A DNA stretch of 38,969 nt, from positions 1-38,969 of IMG/VR virus record IMGVR_UViG_3300020473_000060. One strand, given 5' to 3'. Below, piece by piece: positions 1 to 7,131 of the stretch. The notes under the pieces are model-generated. The model searched no databases and was not told the DNA's origin. It saw only the letters and a list, made by a program, of their open reading frames with translations. The stretch's first letter is position 1. Each line of letters starts with the position of its first letter. The translations under genes and the position numbers were made by a program. This stretch comes from a virus (Duplodnaviria; Caudoviricetes).

Positions 1-1187
1 ATAGAACACATTAATAAGTTTTCATATTCCAAATCAAAGTTTAGAATAGATGCTACCTGATCACCAATATCATTTACCTCACACATGATAAAGGCATTAT
101 TATATTTCTTTGCAACTTCCCAAATTAAATTGGGAAATATCATTGGTTTAATTTCGTTATTCCTATACTTACCAACAATCTTATGAGGAAACTCTGTAAT
201 ATCTACTAATACAAAAGCAGAATAATCTTCACTTACTCCTCTTGCTACGTCAACAGTCATTAGATAATCATGACCTTTAACTGGATTTTCATATACATCT
301 AATCCAGCATTTCTTGTTATAGGATTTTCATAGACAAGAGTTCTAAGTTTAGATGGACTAATAAGAGTATCAACAGATCCTAAGAATTCACACTCAAACT
401 CAATCTTGAACTGCTGTTCAGATGTGTTTGCAATAGTCTGCCTTCTCCATTCATCATCCCTACCTGGAACTTGTGACCAATGAACATCAGTTGGAATATA
501 TTCATTCTTCCCTCTTTCAGCATCATGCCAATATCTATAGAAGTGGTTCATCCCGTGAGGGGTTGAAACCATTATGACTTTAGTTGTTTTACCAGAAGTA
601 ATAGTAGGATAAACACTAGAAAAGAAAGCTTCAGCGATGTGATTGGGAACAAAAGCAAACTCATCGAGGAATAGGATATTGAAAGACATACCCCTAACAG
701 CACTAGCAGAAGTAGATGCCGCCAAGATTTTACTACCATTTTCTAACTCCAAACTACCTTTATTCCAAGATATAATTCCTTGTTGCATCCATTTAGGAAG
801 ATTCTCATAAGCAGTTTGTAATCGACCAAGCAAATCTCTTGCAGTCGCTGCTTTGTTAGCAAGAATACCAATATTTACATTATCATTAAAAACCGCATAA
901 TGTAAAAGATATGCAACAGAGGTAGTAGACTTACCTGTCTGACGAGGCATCTTACATATATTAAATCTATTATCATGAAATTTTCTTATTAAACCTTCTT
1001 GAAAATCATATGGTTCAAAAGGAACCAGACCTTCATCAAGAGAAACAATCTTTACATGTTGTTTAGCAAAATAAACGGGATCAGACTTACATGCCATAAA
1101 TTCAAGAATTTGTTCTTTGGTAAATTCTTGTTTTACATTTGCTTTTTTTAAAAGCGGGTTACCTAGATAAACCTCATCTAATGCCAT
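1..1187 (-). CDS. gp17: Terminase large subunit (T4 gp17-like); 5' part only, runs off the window start
   Basis: Missing from the ORF track. Manual translation from ATG at 1187: MALDEVYLGNPLLKKANV...; Walker A PRQTGKST, Walker B ILFLDEFAF, coupling motif STPHG, start of nuclease domain YLMTVDVARG; AGGA upstream of the start. Confidence 0.97.
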   Translation of the reverse strand, partial: MALDEVYLGNPLLKKANVKQEFTKEQILEFMACKSDPVYFAKQHVKIVSLDEGLVPFEPYDFQEGLIRKFHDNRFNICKMPRQTGKSTTSVAYLLHYAVFNDNVNIGILANKAATARDLLGRLQTAYENLPKWMQQGIISWNKGSLELENGSKILAASTSASAVRGMSFNILFLDEFAFVPNHIAEAFFSSVYPTITSGKTTKVIMVSTPHGMNHFYRYWHDAERGKNEYIPTDVHWSQVPGRDDEWRRQTIANTSEQQFKIEFECEFLGSVDTLISPSKLRTLVYENPITRNAGLDVYENPVKGHDYLMTVDVARGVSEDYSAFVLVDITEFPHKIVGKYRNNEIKPMIFPNLIWEVAKKYNNAFIMCEVNDIGDQVASILNFDLEYENLLMCS

Positions 1188-1201
1188 AATAAAATTCCTA
1201 A

Positions 1202-2125
1202 TTAATCTCCTGTTTGAAGAAGAGGTTCTTGAGGATCGTAATCTGTTACTTCAAAACTATGAAGTTTTGCAGTAGGATATACCTTTTGCAACTGATCCAA
1301 TACTTCTTTACGAGATGGTTTCTTCGCCGATGGGAAGAACATTTGAATACTCATCGTTCTACCTCTCCATGCCAAATATATTTGTATTATATTTCCTGGT
1401 TTATTATAATTTGGAAGTCTTCGTATTTCTGTTAGTTCTGCTGGATCTTCCCACTCAACAGTTTGTTGTGTAGGTACTAGAGGTTCTGGTTTAATAAGGT
1501 CAACCACCTCAAAAGCAAGACCACCTGTTGCATTTCCAATTTGAAGAGTATCTCCTTCTTCTACATTATTCTCAACGAACCAACCTCTATTTACTTCTAA
1601 TGCCGATGCAACCACTCCATCAGAAGACACAGGTAAAAGAGTAAATGGATTCAAAGGTTTAATACTTTCAATGACTCCATCTTCTTTAATAAAAGCAATA
1701 TCAAGTGGAATACGAGTATCTTTCATATGGAAAGATTTTTGTCCTACTTCATCAAATACAAAAAGCATTCCCCTGTCATAGTCCAGACTTTCTCTAAACA
1801 TCAAACCTAAATTAAACTCTGTATTAGTTTGAGGAACTTCTAATTTAAGAGGAAGTCTTATTACCTTTTGTTCTGCAACGCCGCCCCCATTGCCACCACC
1901 ATTCCCATTACCACCAGACCCATTAGAACCATTTCCATTACCATTCCCACCATTCCCATGTCCGTTAGAACTTCCGTTACCGTTCCCATTACCATTTTTT
2001 CCATTACCATTTTTCTTTTTCTTAGGTTCTAACCATCCACCATATCCAATTCTCATTCCACTAGGAATTGGCATACACTTCTTTTCCTTCGTGCAGAAAT
2101 AATAACCTTTTTTACATTCCTTCAT
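1202..2125 (-). CDS. Modular protein: N-terminal Cys motif, Gly/Asn linker, DUF192-like domain and C-terminal cyanophage domain; probable virion or internal-head protein
   Basis: CKKGYYFCTKEKKC; (GN)n linker; GLMFRESL...GMLFVF...FHMKDTRIPLDIAFI...ALEVNRGWF is the DUF192 signature; late-promoter-like CTAAATA upstream. Confidence 0.8.
   Translation of the reverse strand: MKECKKGYYFCTKEKKCMPIPSGMRIGYGGWLEPKKKKNGNGKNGNGNGNGSSNGHGNGGNGNGNGSNGSGGNGNGGGNGGGVAEQKVIRLPLKLEVPQTNTEFNLGLMFRESLDYDRGMLFVFDEVGQKSFHMKDTRIPLDIAFIKEDGVIESIKPLNPFTLLPVSSDGVVASALEVNRGWFVENNVEEGDTLQIGNATGGLAFEVVDLIKPEPLVPTQQTVEWEDPAELTEIRRLPNYNKPGNIIQIYLAWRGRTMSIQMFFPSAKKPSRKEVLDQLQKVYPTAKLHSFEVTDYDPQEPLLQTGD
1880..2012 (-). repeat. 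Low-complexity repeat encoding the Gly-Asn linker
   Basis: Recurrent CCATTACCATT/CCATTCCCA units on the plus strand; protein NGNGKNGNGNGNGSSNGHGNGGNGNGNG... Confidence 0.85.
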
Positions 2126-2141
2126 GGGAAAAACTTATACC

Positions 2142-2537
2142 CTATCTTTTATTTAGGAATCCCTTAAGATTTTGTTTCCTTACTGCGTTCTGAGTATTTC
2201 GAGATATGAAATCCATATAATCGTTGGATGCTTTTACCATAGTATCAATAGACTCCCCATCTCCTACGGCAGAATCTAAGGTAAGGTGTAAAACAGGATA
2301 TACTCCACCCCAATTTGCATAAATCGGTTTATTGATTTCTTCTGGAGTCTGAAAATCCTGAGATAATAAATCCATATCCCCAATACTTCTATTATGCAAT
2401 TTTAATGAATCAGGAAAAAGTTTCACATCAAATCCAGCAACAGGATCTTCTGCATCCGCACTGAATCCTGGAACATTAACATTGGAACGAGTCCAGTTAG
2501 TAGGTTGTTCTTTAAGAAACTCTTTAAAAGATTTCAT
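2142..2537 (-). CDS. Hypothetical 131-aa protein starting with a capsid-targeting-like sequence (MKSFKEFLKE)
   Basis: Likely true start is ATG at 2537, 1 nt after the upstream TAA (2539-2541); the ORF-track start at 2597 overlaps the upstream gene. Confidence 0.75.
   Translation of the reverse strand: MKSFKEFLKEQPTNWTRSNVNVPGFSADAEDPVAGFDVKLFPDSLKLHNRSIGDMDLLSQDFQTPEEINKPIYANWGGVYPVLHLTLDSAVGDGESIDTMVKASNDYMDFISRNTQNAVRKQNLKGFLNKR
2150..2156 (-). promoter_or_regulatory. Late-promoter-like CTAAATA
   Basis: Variant of the T4 gp55 consensus TATAAATA, about 25 nt upstream of the start at 2125. Confidence 0.55.
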
Positions 2538-2538
2538 A

Positions 2539-4830
2539 TTACAAGTTAGTAATAGTGAGGTTATTAAGAGCACCAACACCAACCCATGTAGTTCCATTAT
2601 AGATTTCTAATTGCCCAGTAGTAGTATTGAAGATAAGAGCACCTGTATTAACAGTAGTAGCATCTCTTACAGCCGTAGTAATAACCGGTGGATAGAACAT
2701 CGTAGATGCAGTAACTACCCCCGCAAACACTGCATTACCACTAGGTAATATAGTAGCACCTACACCCGTACCATCATCATAATCATATCCAACATTAATT
2801 CCACTTCGAGCAGTAACAAAACCAATAGAGTCTAAATTCTTTATATTATCTTTAAAAATAGTTCCTGCAACAGAAATATCTCCATCAAAGTAAGCAACAA
2901 CTGTGGTATTAGCTAATCCTGTTGCCCCAACATATAAGGGATATTCTTCTTGAGCAGAAGTTGTATTAATACCAACATATCGTGTCGTACTAACACCTAC
3001 TGAATTAGAACCCCATGTTCCACCTGCTCCTGCAACTCCACCACCTTCTGCTCCATACCAAATCTTTTTAGTGCTATCATAAGTAAGCACCATATCATTC
3101 TCAAGTTCACCAGCATTATATTGAGTCTTAATACCAACATCATCAAGATCATCTAACCAGACGGCACCACCGCCACCTAAAACAGATAATTGCTGCTGTA
3201 CTCTATTAACAAATAGACGATAATGCTCTGCTAAATCTTCCAGAGTGGCATATTTCTGATCTAATGGTGTTAATGGATCAGAGTTCTTTACATCAGGAGG
3301 AATATTTAAAAGACCTTCATTAATAACAGTATCTCCTACCTTTACAGTAGGAGAAACCTTTTCCTCATACCTTTCTATTAGGAGTTCTAAACGATTGACT
3401 TTCTCAACTAATTCCTTCTTTACCTTAAAGAGATTTTCATTATTAGTCTCGGTAACTTCCTTTACTAAATTATCTACTTTTAATTTATTGAGAAGATTCT
3501 TAAATTCGTCTTGTAAGGAATCAATATGTTTTTCATTTACAGTGAAATCTATCTTCATCTCTTTTAGTTGAGAAGATAAATTCTTTTCAAAATTAACCAC
3601 GGCAGGAACTACCGTATTCTTCATTTCATTATAATACTTAGAAGTACTCGTATCTAAATTCTCTTGTAACTCACAAATATTCTCCGTGAGACTTTCTTCC
3701 ATCGTATTAATCTTAGTTTCAAAATTTGTCAGAGAACTTTCATATTGAACTTCCTTTGCTTTAAAATCCCTAGAAAGATCATCATATATCCGTGACAAGT
3801 CTTTTGACTTGCTAATTAACTTTTCAATAGTATTAGTTTTCTCTAAAAGAACCTCATCAATTTCAATATCTTTATTATTAACTCTTTGTTGCAAATTAAC
3901 AACATTTTTATTAATCTTAGAAACTTGCTCATCTAAATTTTTAGATATCTCTTTAACTTCTTCTTCCGTCTTTAACTTAGAATCTACAAGAAGTTTTTTA
4001 TACTTAGGAATTTCCTCATTAATAAATTCATCAAAATCTTCTGTGATTCCTTTAATTTTTGATTCATATTTTTCTTCTATTTCTTTTGCAGTCTCCTTAA
4101 CTAATTTTTCATTTGCAGAAATTTTTTCCTCTGTTCTTACTTCGGTCTCTGCAAAAAACTTCTTATATTTTGGTAAGACTTTTTCTAAAAGAGATTCAAC
4201 TTGTCCTTTAATTCCTTTAACTTCTGTCTTTACAGCAGAAAGACTTTCTTCATTAATTGCTTCAATCTCAGAACCAATCTGAGCCAGATCATCATTAAGA
4301 GTAGTTACTAAACTACTCATTGAATCTTTTACATCTTCTTTAAAAGTTACAAAACGACTATCAACTCTAGTTTCAGAGTCTACAATTAATTTTTTATAAG
4401 CAGGTACTTCTTCCCCTATAAAGTCATTTACTGTGTCGGTTAATCCTTTAAAATCAGTTTTTATATCTAGTATACTTTTAGAATTTAAAGTCTTGACTTT
4501 ATCTTGAACATTTCTTATAGACTCCTCAACAAAAAGAAGTTGTGCAGTCATTGCACCGTCAAGGTCTTCTTTATTAATAAGATCTTTAATTCCTTCTCTT
4601 ATTTCTTCTACACTTTCTGATAAAGTATCTACTTTTTCAACATTAGATTTAAATGTATCAAACGTATTAGTAAAATCACTTAACGCCTGAATATGGTCAA
4701 AATTTGTTTTAAAAGAATTGAAAGCTTCTGAAATTCTCTCTACTTTTTCAGGAGTAGCATTCTCCTTCACTTCATCCAAAGAAGTATTAGGATTCTTGAT
4801 ATAAAATTCGGACGGTTTCTTGAGTGGCAC
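2539..4830 (-). CDS. 763-aa long coiled-coil protein with fibre-like C-terminal part; probable virion structural protein
   Basis: About 500 aa of E/K-rich helical sequence, then GGGGAVWLDDLDDV and a G/T-rich beta region ending GALIFNTTTGQLEIYNGTTW; GTG start with GGAG upstream. Confidence 0.75.
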   Translation of the reverse strand: MPLKKPSEFYIKNPNTSLDEVKENATPEKVERISEAFNSFKTNFDHIQALSDFTNTFDTFKSNVEKVDTLSESVEEIREGIKDLINKEDLDGAMTAQLLFVEESIRNVQDKVKTLNSKSILDIKTDFKGLTDTVNDFIGEEVPAYKKLIVDSETRVDSRFVTFKEDVKDSMSSLVTTLNDDLAQIGSEIEAINEESLSAVKTEVKGIKGQVESLLEKVLPKYKKFFAETEVRTEEKISANEKLVKETAKEIEEKYESKIKGITEDFDEFINEEIPKYKKLLVDSKLKTEEEVKEISKNLDEQVSKINKNVVNLQQRVNNKDIEIDEVLLEKTNTIEKLISKSKDLSRIYDDLSRDFKAKEVQYESSLTNFETKINTMEESLTENICELQENLDTSTSKYYNEMKNTVVPAVVNFEKNLSSQLKEMKIDFTVNEKHIDSLQDEFKNLLNKLKVDNLVKEVTETNNENLFKVKKELVEKVNRLELLIERYEEKVSPTVKVGDTVINEGLLNIPPDVKNSDPLTPLDQKYATLEDLAEHYRLFVNRVQQQLSVLGGGGAVWLDDLDDVGIKTQYNAGELENDMVLTYDSTKKIWYGAEGGGVAGAGGTWGSNSVGVSTTRYVGINTTSAQEEYPLYVGATGLANTTVVAYFDGDISVAGTIFKDNIKNLDSIGFVTARSGINVGYDYDDGTGVGATILPSGNAVFAGVVTASTMFYPPVITTAVRDATTVNTGALIFNTTTGQLEIYNGTTWVGVGALNNLTITNL

Positions 4831-4854
4831 CTAAACTTACTCCATCTACAATTA

Positions 4855-4862
4855 TATTTATT
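4855..4862 (-). promoter_or_regulatory. T4-type late promoter AATAAATA
   Basis: Intergenic, about 25 nt upstream of the start at 4830. Confidence 0.65.
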
Positions 4863-5276
4863 TTACTGCTTTTTGGAGGTTTCTCCTTTGATCAATTTTG
4901 CAAGATCCGCAGTAGATCCAACAAATAGAGCATTGTTAGTTACACTAGTAGGACCTTTCTTCTCTTCTTCATTAACCTCTTTAATTTTTTTCTGAAGGTC
5001 TAATAATTTATCCGTAGCATCAGAAACACTCTTAATAAGTTGTCCTGCTACCTCATAGGCTCGTGGCATCTCACTTTCTTGGGCAATTTCAAGAATACCA
5101 TTAATTGCTTCTTGACCTTTTTCTATTATAGAATACAGATTACCTCTTGTATATTCATAATCTTTGGTTATATCATCCTTAGTTAATCTATCTGGTTTTT
5201 GTATATCCCCGGCAGATTTTTCCTCCTCTACCACCTCCGGAGTTATATTAAATGCTTTATCTAATTGATTACTCAT
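4863..5276 (-). CDS. gp16: Terminase small (DNA-binding) subunit
   Basis: DYEYTRGNLYSIIEKGQEAI...PRAYEVAGQLIK...NNALFVGSTADL; follows gp15 with ATGA overlap. Confidence 0.92.
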   Translation of the reverse strand: MSNQLDKAFNITPEVVEEEKSAGDIQKPDRLTKDDITKDYEYTRGNLYSIIEKGQEAINGILEIAQESEMPRAYEVAGQLIKSVSDATDKLLDLQKKIKEVNEEEKKGPTSVTNNALFVGSTADLAKLIKGETSKKQ

Positions 5277-6283
5277 GAGATAGTTCCATCAAATCCAAAG
5301 TCATCACCTTCTTCGATAAGAGCATTATCATCCTGAGCAACGGTATTATCTGCTATTGTAGGATTAACCACCCTTACAGAAGTTCCCTTGACATGAGATG
5401 CCGCGATAGTATTATCCTTTGCTCTCTCAACCACTACTGAATTATTATTCACAGTCGTTACGAGCATTTCTTCACTATCAATGTAAATGTACTGATCGAC
5501 AGCAATATTAGTTGCATCAGTTAGAGCAATTTCTACCTCAGTAAGATTGACATCTTCATTAAGAGTAGTGACGACAGGACCATCATAACTCTTAACTGCT
5601 CTTGGTGTAACCGTATATGTAAGATCTCGTGTTGTATTGGTAGTATCTGTACCTGTAAGATAGCTGACCCGAACCTTCTTGACGATATCGTCTGTAGCAG
5701 AAGATACAGGACCAAACATATAAGTCTTTGCAGTGAATCTTAAAGTATAAAGAAGGACTCTACGTTGTTCAAAATCTCCTTCATAATCATCCTGCATTGT
5801 AATATTTTCTAATACAATAGGAATATCTCTCTTCTCATTGATGCTTCCAACCAAATTTACGGTCACACTATATGCTGGTTGAAAATAAGGTAATATTTGT
5901 TCAGTAATTTGTAATGCATCATCATTTAACTTACACATAATAGACAATTCAAATTGCATATTATATGGAACTGGCATATATGCTTTCTTAGACTCACTTC
6001 CATCAGTAGGATCTTTTACTGTAAACTGTTGAGTTGTAGTAACCTTTCTACTTGGATCATAAGTAAGTCCAGTAAATTCAAAAGACATACGTGGCAAACT
6101 AATTGCCGTTGCTTTATTTAAATCGGGGGTCTGAGTTAAACGTGCTAAAAATTTCTGGGTAGGACCATATGCCAACGGAACTCTTATTTCCGAACCTTCT
6201 TGCTTAATAGTAATACCATTAAAAAGAGTACCAAACGCAATGATGGTCCTCCTCAAAATTTCGTTATAAAAATATTCAAACAT
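5273..6283 (-). CDS. gp15: Tail sheath stabilizer / tail terminator protein
   Basis: YFYNEILRRTIIAFGTLFN, VPLAYGPTQKFL, LPRMSFE, PVPYNMQFEL, EQILPYFQP motifs; synteny after gp13-gp14. Confidence 0.95.
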   Translation of the reverse strand: MFEYFYNEILRRTIIAFGTLFNGITIKQEGSEIRVPLAYGPTQKFLARLTQTPDLNKATAISLPRMSFEFTGLTYDPSRKVTTTQQFTVKDPTDGSESKKAYMPVPYNMQFELSIMCKLNDDALQITEQILPYFQPAYSVTVNLVGSINEKRDIPIVLENITMQDDYEGDFEQRRVLLYTLRFTAKTYMFGPVSSATDDIVKKVRVSYLTGTDTTNTTRDLTYTVTPRAVKSYDGPVVTTLNEDVNLTEVEIALTDATNIAVDQYIYIDSEEMLVTTVNNNSVVVERAKDNTIAASHVKGTSVRVVNPTIADNTVAQDDNALIEEGDDFGFDGTIS

Positions 6284-6304
6284 GGTTATAGTCCTGGTAT
6301 AATA

Positions 6305-6312
6305 TATTTATA
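6305..6312 (-). promoter_or_regulatory. T4-type late promoter TATAAATA (perfect match) for gp15-gp16
   Basis: Exact gp55 consensus overlapping the stop codon of the DUF1257 gene, about 22 nt upstream of the gp15 ATG. Confidence 0.8.
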
Positions 6313-6697
6313 CCCACCGAGTTACCGTCAATTCAATGGAGTTGTCATCCATTTCCCATTCCTCAGCGACTTCAAACCCAAGTTCCTTGACTGTATTATG
6401 AATACTCATACGAGCATACTGTTGAGTAACTTTCTCTACAAACCTGGAAGGTGGTACATCTAGGCTCCATGTTTGTTCATCAGCAACTAAATCATAAGAA
6501 TTAGTACGAGGATTAAAACGAAATCCGATATCATTGGAAATACAAACATCTGCCTCAACCACAGGATGATTTTTCCCATGTTCCCCACTAATAATAAGTT
6601 CCCTATCCTGTTTAACCTCATACTGAAGCAATTCTAATGCTTCAAGAAGAATAGGTTTTTCTTTTATCTGGGTTGTGATATAACTGAAATGTGACAT
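6308..6697 (-). CDS. ycf35: DUF1257 / Ycf35-family protein (129 aa)
   Basis: MSHFS.I.T.IK...LLEAL..L...DIGFRFN....YDLVAD...W......F...VTQQYA......GF...EE....SIELTV.RW matches the cyanobacterial/plastid Ycf35 pattern; start 6697 coupled to the upstream stop (TAATG). Confidence 0.88.
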   Translation of the reverse strand: MSHFSYITTQIKEKPILLEALELLQYEVKQDRELIISGEHGKNHPVVEADVCISNDIGFRFNPRTNSYDLVADEQTWSLDVPPSRFVEKVTQQYARMSIHNTVKELGFEVAEEWEMDDNSIELTVTRWV

Positions 6698-6915
6698 TAC
6701 GCGCACTCCGAATCATGGGACCATTCTTCAACTTCTTCATCAACTTGTAATTGTTGATAAAATTCTGGTTTGTACTCTTTTCGAGTCACAGTACCAAGGT
6801 TTTCTTCTATTTGTAAAGTAAGTTGTTCACATTCTTTACCGACTGTACCAATAACTTCTTCTGTTACAGTACCGTCTTGTCTGATATTAAACTTAAGAAT
6901 TTGTTGTTGAGACAT
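6697..6915 (-). CDS. DUF2997-family small protein
   Basis: LKFNIRQDGTVTEEVIG..G..CEQLT..IEENLG.V..KEYKPEFYQ is the DUF2997 pattern; this family usually neighbours DUF1257. Confidence 0.88.
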   Translation of the reverse strand: MSQQQILKFNIRQDGTVTEEVIGTVGKECEQLTLQIEENLGTVTRKEYKPEFYQQLQVDEEVEEWSHDSECA

Positions 6916-6917
6916 GA

Positions 6918-7091
6918 TTAGAAAGCGTGATTGTGGACATCTACATCACCATGATCAATATTATCAACATGATCTAAATGATCAATATGTTCAATATGAC
7001 CATGATCAATATTTATATGCAGAGGACCACTTTCAAGAACCGTAGCGATTCTCTCAAGACTATCAGCAATGCGTTCCAGATCTTTATTCAT
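6918..7091 (-). CDS. Unannotated 57-aa His/Asp-rich mini-protein
   Basis: MNKDLERIADSLERIATVLESGPLHINIDHGHIEHIDHLDHVDNIDHGDVDVHNHAF*; fills the gap between gp14 and DUF2997, with its stop 2 nt before the next ATG. Confidence 0.8.
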   Translation of the reverse strand: MNKDLERIADSLERIATVLESGPLHINIDHGHIEHIDHLDHVDNIDHGDVDVHNHAF

Positions 7092-7114
7092 AGGAAAATA
7101 GAGAATTATCCTAT

Positions 7115-7125
7115 ATTATAACACA
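7115..7125 (-). promoter_or_regulatory. Sigma70-type extended -10 promoter (TGTGtTATAAT)
   Basis: Perfect TATAAT with TGn extension between the gp14 stop and the His-rich ORF; GGGACA lies 17 nt upstream (4/6 match to TTGACA). Confidence 0.65.
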
Positions 7126-7131
7126 AAATAT

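Noticed and set aside
1-1187. Possible intein or intron in the terminase
   Set aside because: Motifs from Walker A through the start of the nuclease domain are contiguous with normal spacing in the visible part
2538-2597. Hydrophobic N-terminal extension (MELHGLVLVLLITSLLLTCN) resembling a lipoprotein signal
   Set aside because: Overlaps the upstream gene; the coupled ATG at 2537 giving MKSFKEFLKE is the better start
6698-6706. ORF-track start MRV for the DUF1257 gene
   Set aside because: Family members begin MSHFS, and the TAATG overlap supports 6697
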